Assembly (NCBI GenBank): GCA_017962665.1
Contig: JAGCUU010000001.1
Location: forward strand, 245-64,244
Source: Bacteroidales bacterium
Lineage (GTDB): Bacteria; Bacteroidota; Bacteroidia; Bacteroidales; P3
Direction: 5' to 3'
Length of the DNA stretch: 64,000 nucleotides
Below are positions 36,764 to 46,806 of the stretch, in pieces. Both the position numbers and the translations under genes were made by a program. The stretch's first letter is position 1. Each line of letters begins with the position of its first letter. The notes under the pieces are model-generated. The model was not told the origin of the DNA and made no database searches. It was given only the letters and a program-made list of their open reading frames with translations.

Positions 36764-37663
36764 ATGAAAAAAATTGCGTCGAAAAGCATATATCTGCTCT
36801 TATTATTGGTAATATGCATTAGCTGCGAATCCAAAGATAAATATGCAACCCGAATGGCGGATGAATATCTTGCCGAAATAGATAGTCTATCCTCAAAAGC
36901 AGCCTTCATTGATTCTCTATTTGCCGCAAATAGCACGCCCTCAGAGTTCCTTGTTGCTCAAGACACGAGAATATTTGGAGATGATCATATACCTTTGAAA
37001 TTAAAAAAGGTATATAGTGCTCTCGAACAAGATGAAAGAGGTTACAAATTCTCAGAACAAATTCCTGAAGAACAATGGCTCCTTTGTGCAGACCAAATGA
37101 TGTTCTACTATTGTAACAAGGGAGACGATGCTGTCTTTCCGATTGAATTACTTGCGCTAAACACATACCCAAAAGAGCTTGGAATGAGCTGGATTACCGA
37201 CAGAGGAAAATTGACCAACTGGTTCTCTGAACATTACAGTTTATTCCCAAATAAAGGGATCAAAAGGGAAATTGATACCGTTCCGAATCGCACAAAGGAG
37301 ATGCTCAAAAACACACGCTATCTGACATTTATCAGCAACGACTGCTTTCTGAAGCCCCATAGATTTAGTATAGTTAACAGTTTCAATCCTGGCGCTGTGA
37401 GACTGAATGTTTCTGTTTTCGATTTGAACAAGAGATCTTATGAGCCTATTGCAACGTTCAATGTGTATTCCAAAAATTCTTCAAAAATTCAGGCAACTGA
37501 GAGGCAGCACTATATCAATGGTAAGGATATAGGATTCAAAACCAATGACGCTGACGAGCAATTAAAAATCGATCTGCAGAACAACATCACCAATGAGCTG
37601 AAATGGGCCATCTATAAATACCTTAACGTAAAGAAACAATCCGAAGAACAACCTCAAAATTAG
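36764..37663 (+). CDS. Hypothetical lipoprotein (A+T-rich gene)
   Basis: Lipobox LLLLVICISC. No recognisable domain. Confidence 0.55.
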   Translation: MKKIASKSIYLLLLLVICISCESKDKYATRMADEYLAEIDSLSSKAAFIDSLFAANSTPSEFLVAQDTRIFGDDHIPLKLKKVYSALEQDERGYKFSEQIPEEQWLLCADQMMFYYCNKGDDAVFPIELLALNTYPKELGMSWITDRGKLTNWFSEHYSLFPNKGIKREIDTVPNRTKEMLKNTRYLTFISNDCFLKPHRFSIVNSFNPGAVRLNVSVFDLNKRSYEPIATFNVYSKNSSKIQATERQHYINGKDIGFKTNDADEQLKIDLQNNITNELKWAIYKYLNVKKQSEEQPQN

Positions 37664-39579
37664 GATACCTCTTCTGTCGCATCAGGCGGAAGAACGACCC
37701 ACTCTCCATACGTTTGGAAATGTTCCATCAAGGCGTTGTAGAACTTGTGGAGACTTAGGGTTTCGCTGTTGCCAATAACAATCAGTTTCATACGAGCTCG
37801 CGTGATGGCAACGTTCATGCGGCGCAAATCGCCAAGAAAACCTATTTCTCCCTTTTCATTGTCACGCACCATACTGATAATGATGACGTCGCGCTCCTGA
37901 CCCTGAAAACCGTCGACCGTATTCACACTAACCTGCCCCCGCAGTCGGCGATAAAAACGCTGCATCTTGAGCAGACGCCGAATCATACGCACCTGCGCCC
38001 GATAGGGCGATATTATGCCAAAATCCACACGATCGTCCACAACACGCTCCAGACCAATCATCTCTACATAATCACGCAATGTGTGTACCACAAGACGCGC
38101 CTCTTCGGCATTAAGACGACTCATGGCTTTGTTTTGCCTCTCTCCAAAGCCGCAGCGAAGTGTGTCTATCCATGTCAATGGTGTATCCATAAGATGAACA
38201 AGACGGTCGGCGACCTCAGGAGCTGCCTGCAAGGCACCATGATAGAACCAACGGGATGGGAAAGCCATAATATCGCGATGCATCCGATACTGAGTGGTGA
38301 GAAGTGTTACACTTTCCGGCTTTGTCTTGACAATATGTTGCATCAGTGTCTGTGACAACCCGTTACGAGCAGCCTCAACACATTTTACAGTAGGTGGAAG
38401 CTGCTGGTGATCGCCTCCGAAGATTACACGGTCGGCCTTAAGGATTGCTGTCCAGCACGCAGGCTCAAGAGCCTGGGCGGCCTCGTCGATAAAGAGGGTG
38501 CTGAAATGACGGTGCTCAAGGATATGGTATGCGCTTCCTATAAGGGTGCAACTAACCACTCGTGCCTGTTCAAAGAGGTCGGCGTTAATCTTAATCTCAA
38601 GCTCCATCTGGCGCTTACGCAGACGTCGCAGAAGGTTTTGTTTTTCATGCGAATGCTTGTTGTCTACTCCTTCGCGCAAAGTACGACGTATGTTCCACAA
38701 CTCAGGATAGTCTGGATGGTCAGCATAACGGCGCTCATAACTGCACGCAAGCATCTCATCGCTCATTTTCAAAGGATTGCCAATACGCAACACATTGACA
38801 CCACGCTTTGCGAGTTGTTCACTGATCCAATCCACAGCAGCATTGCTTGGCGCACAAACCAATACTTGGGTCTCACGCTGAAGTGTCTCTATCACAGCCT
38901 CCATCAGTGTCGTGGTTTTACCTGTGCCTGGAGGACCATGGACGACAGCAACATCCATTGCCGCGACAACCTTGCGCACTGCAATGTTCTGGACCTCGTT
39001 AAGCCATGGAAACGAAACAGGAGGCATCTGTCTGAACCTGGGATGCAAGTCACCAATCAAAGTGTTACGCAGATGGATGAATTTCTCGTTGTCTGAACGC
39101 ATCACAGCAAGAAGAGATTCGTGCATAACCCGGTACGAAGTGTCATCAATGGCGACACGCATTCCAAGCAGATGGTGCTTTGCCCTGTCTTGAAGAGAGT
39201 CGAGGGACGACTTGTTTGGTAGCTGTATCTGAATCACACCCACCTTGTAGCTGTCGACAAAACCTATAAACGGCAGTTCCATTATACCGTTCTGATCGTT
39301 TGTACCAAGATGGAAGAATGCCACAGGTTGCCCTGGTTCAAAATCGTTTTCCAACTCGTCGCCGTCCGACTCATAAGTCACGGTTACTATCAACTGATTT
39401 AACGCATTGAAACCCGCACCGCAGATCGTGACAGGATATTTGCAGTCGGCCTCGTCTGCCCGCCCGCTGATGTTTTCGGCAGAGAGCGAGCGATTGTAAG
39501 CAGCACTCTCATAGTCGTGTTCCATCCGCAGAAGCGCGTCGAGGTTCTGCAACCGTGCTATGCCTGTAGTTTGATTCAT
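37660..39579 (-). CDS. Superfamily 1B helicase, Upf1/IGHMBP2/DNA2-like AAA domain protein
   Basis: Motif I GPPGTGKTTT, motif II FIDEAAQ, then GDHQQLPPTV, DGFQGQERDVIIIS and NVAITRAR. Confidence 0.85.
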   Translation of the reverse strand: MNQTTGIARLQNLDALLRMEHDYESAAYNRSLSAENISGRADEADCKYPVTICGAGFNALNQLIVTVTYESDGDELENDFEPGQPVAFFHLGTNDQNGIMELPFIGFVDSYKVGVIQIQLPNKSSLDSLQDRAKHHLLGMRVAIDDTSYRVMHESLLAVMRSDNEKFIHLRNTLIGDLHPRFRQMPPVSFPWLNEVQNIAVRKVVAAMDVAVVHGPPGTGKTTTLMEAVIETLQRETQVLVCAPSNAAVDWISEQLAKRGVNVLRIGNPLKMSDEMLACSYERRYADHPDYPELWNIRRTLREGVDNKHSHEKQNLLRRLRKRQMELEIKINADLFEQARVVSCTLIGSAYHILEHRHFSTLFIDEAAQALEPACWTAILKADRVIFGGDHQQLPPTVKCVEAARNGLSQTLMQHIVKTKPESVTLLTTQYRMHRDIMAFPSRWFYHGALQAAPEVADRLVHLMDTPLTWIDTLRCGFGERQNKAMSRLNAEEARLVVHTLRDYVEMIGLERVVDDRVDFGIISPYRAQVRMIRRLLKMQRFYRRLRGQVSVNTVDGFQGQERDVIIISMVRDNEKGEIGFLGDLRRMNVAITRARMKLIVIGNSETLSLHKFYNALMEHFQTYGEWVVLPPDATEEVS

Positions 39580-39704
39580 ATAGACAATGCACTAACGACG
39601 GTTTGTTTAAAAACGTATTGCAATGCAAATAATTTTTTGGGATACCTGCCAACACATACAATAATATTACCTCCTCCGCGTTTTTGTGTAAAAAAGAAAA
39701 AAAC

Positions 39705-40400
39705 ATGAACAAGACAGGAAAAGTCATTTGCGGCATCGCATTCTTGCTTTTCGGAATCATCTGGATTCTGGAAATATTCAACGTAATAAGCTTCGACTAC
39801 AAAGGATGGTGGACCATTTTTGTCATCATTCCTTTCTTTATCGGCTTTTTCACTCAGAGACACAAAGCATTCTCCATAATCGGCATAGGTATTGGAGTCC
39901 TATTGTTTCTGTCGGCGAGGGATATTGTTTCATGGAACAATTTCTGGAAACTGGTATTATGCCTGATAGCTATAGTATCCGGTATAACGATGATTTTCGG
40001 GCATAAAAACAGACGCCATGCCAAACCCGATGGCAACAACACAAACGGCATGAGACAAGAGAACCGCAACGGACATATTATTCACAAAGCCAACGTCAGT
40101 TTCGGTAAACGCATATTCGAATTTGCAGGTCAGAGATTTGAAGGTGCAGAAGTGCAAGCAAATTTCGGCTTCGTCGCCATTGACCTGAGAAACGCCGACA
40201 TTATGGACGGTGCGGTAATTGAAATTGATTGCAACTGTGCCGGTATGGAAATCAGAGTTGGTAACGACATCTGCATTAAAGACGAAGTGGACACCTCATT
40301 TGCTGGTATAGAAAACAATCGCATCGAACACTCCAGTGAAGGCTCTCCTACCGTTATTCTCAAAGGCAAGTGCAACTTCGGAGGAATAGAGATCAAATAA
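39705..40400 (+). CDS. LiaF/YvqF-like cell-envelope stress-associated membrane protein
   Basis: About four N-terminal TM helices plus a beta-rich C-terminal domain ending in GGIEIK. The ATG at 39705 is preferred to the TTG at 39684. Confidence 0.5.
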   Translation: MNKTGKVICGIAFLLFGIIWILEIFNVISFDYKGWWTIFVIIPFFIGFFTQRHKAFSIIGIGIGVLLFLSARDIVSWNNFWKLVLCLIAIVSGITMIFGHKNRRHAKPDGNNTNGMRQENRNGHIIHKANVSFGKRIFEFAGQRFEGAEVQANFGFVAIDLRNADIMDGAVIEIDCNCAGMEIRVGNDICIKDEVDTSFAGIENNRIEHSSEGSPTVILKGKCNFGGIEIK

Positions 40401-40406
40401 GATCGA

Positions 40407-41192
40407 TTATCTCAGGCGCTGGACCGGAAAATCAAAATATGTATTTGGATAAGGCTCATCACGAAGTGTGAAGTGCCACCACTCATTGTCGTAAGGTCTG
40501 AATCCGTGCTTCATCATGGCCGCACGCAATATCATGCGGTTACGGAATTGCTCGGCTGAAATCTTTTCACCGCCCTTGTATTCCTTTGTTGTGGTATCGC
40601 AGCCAAAAAAGGGATGGCTCTCAGCTCCAAACCAATCAAAAGTGCCACCCATGTCCACCTCTCTCCCCGATGACATGTCAAAAAGTGTCAGATCGAGCGT
40701 GGAACCGCGTGAATGTCCACTTCTCGACGCAATATAACCTCGCTGGAACAATAACGATTTTTGCTCGGCAGGATAAAAATAGCGTTTCATAGCCGTGTCA
40801 GCAAGGTCTTTACCCCAACGGACAAAATGATTCACCGCACTCTGCGGCCTGTATGCATCAAATATTTTTAGACGGTAGCCCTGTTTTACAAGATCGTCGC
40901 TGACAGCACGCAGACTGTCGGCTGCACGGCGAGTCAACAAAGCTGTAGGTTCATTGTAACCATCGATACGACTGCCAACAAAATTGAAGGTGCTGAAATA
41001 ACGGATTTCCAGGATTACATCAGGAACCACATCGGTGATGTTAACAAACCCATTTAGATTCTCGGAAATCGTATCGCAATCGTCAATAATATGAAATGTG
41101 CTGTCGTCACTTTCAATAACAGGTTGCGGCTCACCGTTCCGACACGAAACCGACAACAGCAATAAAGTAAGCAAAGGAAAAATCCTTTTCAT
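40407..41192 (-). CDS. M15-family D-alanyl-D-alanine dipeptidase (VanX/DdpX-like), exported
   Basis: SGHSRGSTLDLTL (SxHxxGxAxD-type) and NEWWHFTL (EWWH) zinc-site blocks, plus a signal/lipobox segment. Confidence 0.75.
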   Translation of the reverse strand: MKRIFPLLTLLLLSVSCRNGEPQPVIESDDSTFHIIDDCDTISENLNGFVNITDVVPDVILEIRYFSTFNFVGSRIDGYNEPTALLTRRAADSLRAVSDDLVKQGYRLKIFDAYRPQSAVNHFVRWGKDLADTAMKRYFYPAEQKSLLFQRGYIASRSGHSRGSTLDLTLFDMSSGREVDMGGTFDWFGAESHPFFGCDTTTKEYKGGEKISAEQFRNRMILRAAMMKHGFRPYDNEWWHFTLRDEPYPNTYFDFPVQRLR

Positions 41193-41194
41193 AA

Positions 41195-41641
41195 CTACCC
41201 GATTATCTGAGATGAGTGTTTTTTTGTATCGACTTTGCCTATGGCATCAACTATGAACCCCTGTTCATCAATGACGTAAGTTGTTCGGAGCGTACCCTCT
41301 GTGGTTTTGCCATACATCTTCTTCTCTCCCCAAGCTTCGTAAGCTTTTAGTATCGTGAGCTCTGTATCTGCTATAAGGTGGAACGGCAAGCTGTACTTCT
41401 CTATGAATCTCCTATGGGAAGCCGCACTGTCGCGACTAACGCCCAACACATTGTAGCCCAATGAAAGAAAACGCTCGTAATTGTCACGCAAATCACATGC
41501 CTCTGCAGTACATCCGGGAGTACTGTCTTTGGGATAAAAATAGAGAACCAACTTTTTACCGACAAAATCAGTAAGTTTGACAATGCTTCCATTTTCATCG
41601 ACGCCCTCAAAATAAGGGGCTTTTGTTCCTTTTGCCAACAT
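41195..41641 (-). CDS. bcp: Thioredoxin-dependent thiol peroxidase (peroxiredoxin Bcp/PrxQ)
   Basis: FYPKDSTPGCTAEAC active-site block. Confidence 0.9.
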   Translation of the reverse strand: MLAKGTKAPYFEGVDENGSIVKLTDFVGKKLVLYFYPKDSTPGCTAEACDLRDNYERFLSLGYNVLGVSRDSAASHRRFIEKYSLPFHLIADTELTILKAYEAWGEKKMYGKTTEGTLRTTYVIDEQGFIVDAIGKVDTKKHSSQIIG

Positions 41642-41677
41642 AATCTATGTATTTAGTTTTTTACTTGTTTGAAAATG

Positions 41678-41685
41678 CAAAAATA
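41678..41685 (-). promoter_or_regulatory. -7 promoter box (TATTTTTG on the minus strand) for bcp
   Basis: Plus-strand CAAAAATA 37 nt upstream of the bcp ATG. Confidence 0.5.
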
Positions 41686-41851
41686 CACATAATTTCTCAA
41701 GTATTTGTCGGCAAACATCTATCATATTTTTCTTGTAGTAAAACACTGCATACCAAGCAGAAACAATAAGTTATAACAAAGTCGGAGTACTTGTTGAGCG
41801 AGCAATTCAACACACACACTTAATACAATCAGCCATTTTGCATTTTTTGTG

Positions 41852-41859
41852 TACCTTTG
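41852..41859 (+). promoter_or_regulatory. -7 promoter box (TACCTTTG)
   Basis: Exact TAnnTTTG match 62 nt upstream of the TTG at 41921. Confidence 0.5.
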
Positions 41860-41920
41860 CAAAAAAATATGAAAAAAGCCATTTTTGTTTAATCTCTTAT
41901 AATACACGAAAAGCATTAAT

Positions 41921-43396
41921 TTGAACAAGTCTTTTAGACACATAGCATTCTCTCTGTTTTTTTCCGCCATTCTCACGCTGACTTCCTGCAGCGACACCAA
42001 ACCGCCGAAGCCTTTCGGCGCTTGTCCTACCGCAGCTCAGGTGGAATGGCAAAAAATGGAGATCAATATGTTCTGTCATTTCGGTCCCAACACCTACACC
42101 GACCTTGAATGGGGTGAAGGAAACGAGGCGGAGGATATCTTCAACCCGACATCTCTCGACTGCCGCCAATGGGTTGCTGTGGCACAACAGGCAGGGATGG
42201 GCGGAATCATTGTCACCGCAAAGCACCACGACGGTTTCTGCCTGTGGCCCAATCCGCACAGCACCCATACCGTTCGCCGGAGCAGCTGGCGCAACGGCAA
42301 CGGGGATGTCCTGAAAGAACTCAGCGAGGCCTGCAGCGAGACTGGCATGGCCATGGGTATTTATATCTCACCATGGGACCGCAACGCTCCAGACTACGGA
42401 ACAGAAAAATACAACGAGACATTCTGTTTGACACTCGAGGACGCATTGTCAAAATACGGCTCAAAAGGCAGAATTTTCGAACAATGGTTTGACGGAGCCA
42501 ACGGTGAAGGACCCAATGGCAGGAAACAAGACTACGACTGGCCCCTGTTCAATGCCACTGTCGCACGGCTGCAACCTGACGCTGTTGTTTTCAGCGACGT
42601 GGGGCCTGGTTGCCGATGGGTGGGAAACGAGAACGGCAAGGCTGGTGAGACTTGCTGGTCGACACTCAACACCGACGGTTTCTTTCCAGGGGCAGGAGCG
42701 CCTGCAACCGACACCCTCAACCAAGGCAACCGTAACGGAAAGCACTGGATACCGGCAGAGACAGACGTCAGCATCAGGCCAGGATGGTTTTACCATGACA
42801 ACGAACATCCCAAAAGCGTCAACGAACTCATAGAAATCTACTTTACCAGCGTTGGCCGCAACTCCATACTGCTGCTCAATGTGCCTCCTGACAGACGCGG
42901 CCTCATCGCTGAAGAAGATTCTCTTCGCCTGATTGCATTTCGCAAGGCACTTGACAGCATCTTCTCCAAAGACCTGGCAAAAGAGGCCACCGTTACAGCA
43001 AGCGACACTCGCGGAAACAGATGGTGCAAGACATTCAGGGCCAGCAATGTGACCAACGACAACTACGATAGCTACTGGACTGTGGATGACAGCGTCCTGT
43101 GCCCTACCTTGACATTGTCTTTCAAGGAGAACATCACGTTTAACATTATTATGCTTCAAGAATACATACCTCTTGGCCAAAGGGTCGAGGCTTTCCATAT
43201 TGAGTATCTCGACGACTACGGCAAATGGAGACATCTGTCCTCGGCAACCACCATCGGCTACAAACGACTTCTCCGCGCCAAAGAAACCACAACAACGGCG
43301 GTACGTATATGTTTCGATAAAGCGATGGCCTGTCCCGCGATAAATCGCATAGCCCTGTTCCATCATCCGCAGACAGAAACAGTGAGCAAGTACTAA
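41921..43396 (+). CDS. Alpha-L-fucosidase GH29 with a C-terminal F5/8 type C (discoidin)-like domain; lipoprotein
   Basis: Lipobox LTLTSC plus TAKHHDGFCLW and WFDGANG blocks. The TTG start is the first possible start after an in-frame stop at 41900. Confidence 0.8.
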   Translation: MNKSFRHIAFSLFFSAILTLTSCSDTKPPKPFGACPTAAQVEWQKMEINMFCHFGPNTYTDLEWGEGNEAEDIFNPTSLDCRQWVAVAQQAGMGGIIVTAKHHDGFCLWPNPHSTHTVRRSSWRNGNGDVLKELSEACSETGMAMGIYISPWDRNAPDYGTEKYNETFCLTLEDALSKYGSKGRIFEQWFDGANGEGPNGRKQDYDWPLFNATVARLQPDAVVFSDVGPGCRWVGNENGKAGETCWSTLNTDGFFPGAGAPATDTLNQGNRNGKHWIPAETDVSIRPGWFYHDNEHPKSVNELIEIYFTSVGRNSILLLNVPPDRRGLIAEEDSLRLIAFRKALDSIFSKDLAKEATVTASDTRGNRWCKTFRASNVTNDNYDSYWTVDDSVLCPTLTLSFKENITFNIIMLQEYIPLGQRVEAFHIEYLDDYGKWRHLSSATTIGYKRLLRAKETTTTAVRICFDKAMACPAINRIALFHHPQTETVSKY

Positions 43397-43417
43397 ACCC
43401 GACAAAGACTATCATCT

Positions 43418-45979
43418 GTGCAAAGGATTATTTTTTTCTTGGTTTTCTTCCTCCAGTTCGCCGCGCTGATTGCACAGCCGACGATTATACAAGGCACTGT
43501 CACCGACGCAGTGACAAGAGAGCCTCTGCCGTTTGTACAAGTAGGCTTCATCGGGACAACATCAGGGACAACTACCGACCTGAACGGACATTTTCAGCTA
43601 TCCAACAAACAAGACAAAGACTCTGTACGTTTCCAGATGATGGGGTACGCTCCAGTGATAAAGGTGGTACCGAAAGGCAAGACAACCAAAAGAATGAAGA
43701 TTGCCATGATGCCAAAGACAAACATGATGCACAAAGTGGTTGTAACTGCATCGAAGGGTGGAGGGCGCTACAAGCGCCGTGGCAATCCCGCCGTGGAGCT
43801 AATCAAGAAAACAATTGAACACAAGGAACTCAACCGGACACAATCCATATCCCGCTTCAGCCGCGACGTATACGAAAAGACCACCTTGGCCCTCAACGAT
43901 TTTCATCCCGACTTTGAAAACAAACGGTTATGGCGAAAACTGAATTTCCTTGAGAAATACATCGATCTGACTCCCTTTGACTATGTTCCGATACTTACTA
44001 TCTCCATGCGAGAAGTGATGATGAAAGAGTCATTCTGTCGACATCCCAACCAAAGCAGAACCCTCGTTACGGCACGACGTATCGAGGGACTTGATGATTT
44101 TCTTGGTCCCGACGGCATCGACGAGAGTTTAAGCGCACTCTTCGTCCCGATAGACATTTACGACAACGACATCGAAATGATGCTCAACCACTTCACAAGT
44201 CCGCTAAACTCAACCATTGCAACAACATTCTACAGATACTATATCACCGACACGGTGACGATAGGTGACGTGAAATGCGTCGAGGTGGCTTTTGCCCCCG
44301 CCAACGAACGCAACTACGGATTCACCGGTCAAATGTACATAGCGCTTGACAGCAGCTATGCAGTAATGAAATATAGCATGACGGTGTCGCAGAATGTGAA
44401 CCTGAACTTCGTTCACGGCCTTACCATTGTCCAGACATTCAATGAAAACCGCCTTCCAGACCGCTGCGACACTTACGGACGCATGTACGCAGGCAAGCAC
44501 ACACAGCAACTTTACGCCCATCAGACACGTGTCTATTACAACTACGACATCTCAGACAGCGCAGCATTGCTGCCAGACAGCCTGTTTGCTCCATTTACAA
44601 ATACCGCCGCCCTTCCCAACATCAAGATGCGACGCAAAGTATGGAACGAACTGAGACCCATTGAACTCACCCCAAAGGAAACTGTCATAGACAGCCTACG
44701 CTATGAGCTGGCCAGACTTCCGGAGATGCGAGCATTGAAGAAAACAGCCGAAATAACAATAACAGGATACGCCGCCACCCATTCAAAACGCGACTCCAGC
44801 TATTTTGACATTGGACCAATATACAATTTTCTCAGCTACAACCACGAAGAGGGCTGGCGTGTACGATTCGGCGGCATGACCACCGCAAGACTCAATCCCC
44901 ATAACTTCCTTGAAGGATATGTTGCTTACGGTTTCAAGGATAAAAGACCAAAATTCAACACATACTACATTCACACCTTCGACGAGAAAAAGCACCAGTC
45001 GCATGAACGGCCCCTAAGCCTATGGAGTATTGGCGCCGCTTATGACCTTGAAGTACCGGGGCAAAGCCTCGAAACATTAGATCGCGACAATATCTCATCG
45101 TCGAACGAGATCCCGCACAAAGTACAGTATGTGGCGCAAGGCATCATACGTCTGCGAAAAGAATGGCCCAACCACATCAATATTGACACATGGCTTGCCG
45201 CACGCCGCTACGAGCCTGCCGGGATACTGCAATACATGCAGTATCAAGACGACGGCAGCCTGGCAGAAGTGCATCGCTTTGGAGAAGCAGAATGGACCGC
45301 CAAAGTTTCATTATGCCCTATCCGCCCCGACGACAGCGGACGTCCGGCCAGCGCATCCCTGCTGAACATGAAGAAAGACTATCTAACTGTCCACCTCACA
45401 CATCGCATTGCAATAATGAGCTTGGGATTTATGTATCAACGCAGCGACATGAGCGCCGAAAAGCGTTTCTGGCTTGGGGCTTTCGGCTATTTGGACACCA
45501 AATTTCGGGCGGGGATAATATGGAACCAGGCCCCCTACCCTCGTCTGATTATCCCCGACGGAAATGACAATATCTTCTTATCACCGTCGGCATTCAACAC
45601 CATGAAACCAATGGAGTTTATCGTGGACCGCTACGCCTCGCTTCATTCTACATACCACATGAAAGGATTAATTCTTAACAATATACCATTAATTAAACGA
45701 CTTCGCTGGCGTGAAGTCTTTGGATTCAATATTATCTACGGGACACTGTCAGACAAAAACAATCCTGAACAGCAGAGCAGTATATCGAGAGACCATCTCT
45801 TCAAACTGCCGGAAGACACCTCGCCACTCGGCGACAAGCCATACATGGAATACAGCATAGGTATAGAAAACATTCTGAAACTAATCAGAGTAGACTATAT
45901 ACGAAGAATATCCTACAATGCAGGTATGACATCAAAAGAGAAAGGTTTTATTCGTTTGGAGATACGGTTTACGTTGTAA
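43418..45979 (+). CDS. Carboxypeptidase-regulatory-like domain plus DUF5686-type outer-membrane protein
   Basis: N-terminus IQGTVTDAVTREPLPFVQVGFIGTTSGTTTDLNGHFQL (CarboxypepD_reg-like), then an ~750-aa beta-rich region. GTG start. Confidence 0.6.
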   Translation: MQRIIFFLVFFLQFAALIAQPTIIQGTVTDAVTREPLPFVQVGFIGTTSGTTTDLNGHFQLSNKQDKDSVRFQMMGYAPVIKVVPKGKTTKRMKIAMMPKTNMMHKVVVTASKGGGRYKRRGNPAVELIKKTIEHKELNRTQSISRFSRDVYEKTTLALNDFHPDFENKRLWRKLNFLEKYIDLTPFDYVPILTISMREVMMKESFCRHPNQSRTLVTARRIEGLDDFLGPDGIDESLSALFVPIDIYDNDIEMMLNHFTSPLNSTIATTFYRYYITDTVTIGDVKCVEVAFAPANERNYGFTGQMYIALDSSYAVMKYSMTVSQNVNLNFVHGLTIVQTFNENRLPDRCDTYGRMYAGKHTQQLYAHQTRVYYNYDISDSAALLPDSLFAPFTNTAALPNIKMRRKVWNELRPIELTPKETVIDSLRYELARLPEMRALKKTAEITITGYAATHSKRDSSYFDIGPIYNFLSYNHEEGWRVRFGGMTTARLNPHNFLEGYVAYGFKDKRPKFNTYYIHTFDEKKHQSHERPLSLWSIGAAYDLEVPGQSLETLDRDNISSSNEIPHKVQYVAQGIIRLRKEWPNHINIDTWLAARRYEPAGILQYMQYQDDGSLAEVHRFGEAEWTAKVSLCPIRPDDSGRPASASLLNMKKDYLTVHLTHRIAIMSLGFMYQRSDMSAEKRFWLGAFGYLDTKFRAGIIWNQAPYPRLIIPDGNDNIFLSPSAFNTMKPMEFIVDRYASLHSTYHMKGLILNNIPLIKRLRWREVFGFNIIYGTLSDKNNPEQQSSISRDHLFKLPEDTSPLGDKPYMEYSIGIENILKLIRVDYIRRISYNAGMTSKEKGFIRLEIRFTL

Positions 45980-46005
45980 CGACAATGCAGTTCGTTTTTT
46001 TTGCA

Positions 46006-46013
46006 TATTTTTG
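46006..46013 (+). promoter_or_regulatory. -7 promoter box (TATTTTTG)
   Basis: Exact TAnnTTTG match 52 nt upstream of the ATG at 46065. Confidence 0.5.
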
Positions 46014-46064
46014 CATTTGACAAAAACAGAGATACCACATTTTATTATTTTTATTATCAATCGT

Positions 46065-46787
46065 ATGAAGAAATCAATTATTATTGTCGTCTTGTTATTT
46101 TCGACAATCGGACTAAAAGCACAGACCAATATACAAGAGATGTATGATTTTAACCGTGGACATTTGACTACCACTTTGGAAATGTTTCAAGCGGACAAAT
46201 GGGGCTCCTCTTTTTGGTTTGTCGACATATATCATCCCGACATTGCCTTGCCTTCCGACTTCTATAGCGAGATATCACGCTCGCTCAATTTCTGGAAAGA
46301 TAGCAAACTCGGCGCCTTAAGCATGCATATCGAATGGAATGGCGGTATTAATGCGTCCAACTGCTGGCTTTTTGGTGCAGAATACATGCTGCACAACAAA
46401 GATTTTTCGAACATCTTCAAGTTCGTTCTGATGTACAAATACATCAGCGGACAGGATAATAATTTCCCAATGCAATTTACCTTCTTTTGGGAGATGAAAG
46501 ACCTTTTCAGCGTCAAAGGATTAGCATTCAGCGGCTTTCTGGATGTTTGGGGCGAAAAAATAACCTGGGGCCTCACCGATGCCCTCACTCCCGACGAGAC
46601 CGACTGGGTCATGCTCAGCGAACCTCAGATATGGTACAATTTAGGTCAACATTTCAACTGCGAGAACCTGCATGTCGGAGGCGAAGTGGAATTGGCCTAC
46701 AATTTCGCAGGTGGATACCGCACCAACTGGGCTCGGAACAAAGGTTTCAATGCCGCCCCGTGTCTTGGAATAAAATGGATCTTTTGA
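46065..46787 (+). CDS. DUF5020-like outer-membrane beta-barrel (Tsx/nucleoside-channel-like)
   Basis: Signal peptide MKKSIIIVVLLFSTIGLKAQ and a beta-barrel pattern ending in W-I-F. The family name is from memory of similar Bacteroidales proteins. Confidence 0.5.
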   Translation: MKKSIIIVVLLFSTIGLKAQTNIQEMYDFNRGHLTTTLEMFQADKWGSSFWFVDIYHPDIALPSDFYSEISRSLNFWKDSKLGALSMHIEWNGGINASNCWLFGAEYMLHNKDFSNIFKFVLMYKYISGQDNNFPMQFTFFWEMKDLFSVKGLAFSGFLDVWGEKITWGLTDALTPDETDWVMLSEPQIWYNLGQHFNCENLHVGGEVELAYNFAGGYRTNWARNKGFNAAPCLGIKWIF

Positions 46788-46806
46788 CCCCTGCAACAAC
46801 TGAATT

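Noticed and set aside
41869-41892. Mini-ORF MKKAIFV-stop between the promoter box and the TTG start of the second GH29 gene
   Set aside because: It is seven codons long, out of frame with the fucosidase, and there is no evidence of translation. It could be a vestigial start or chance, which is not enough for a leader-peptide claim.
42461-43405. 314-aa ORF antisense to the GH29 fucosidase
   Set aside because: Same reasoning: a shadow ORF of a well-supported gene with no recognisable domain.
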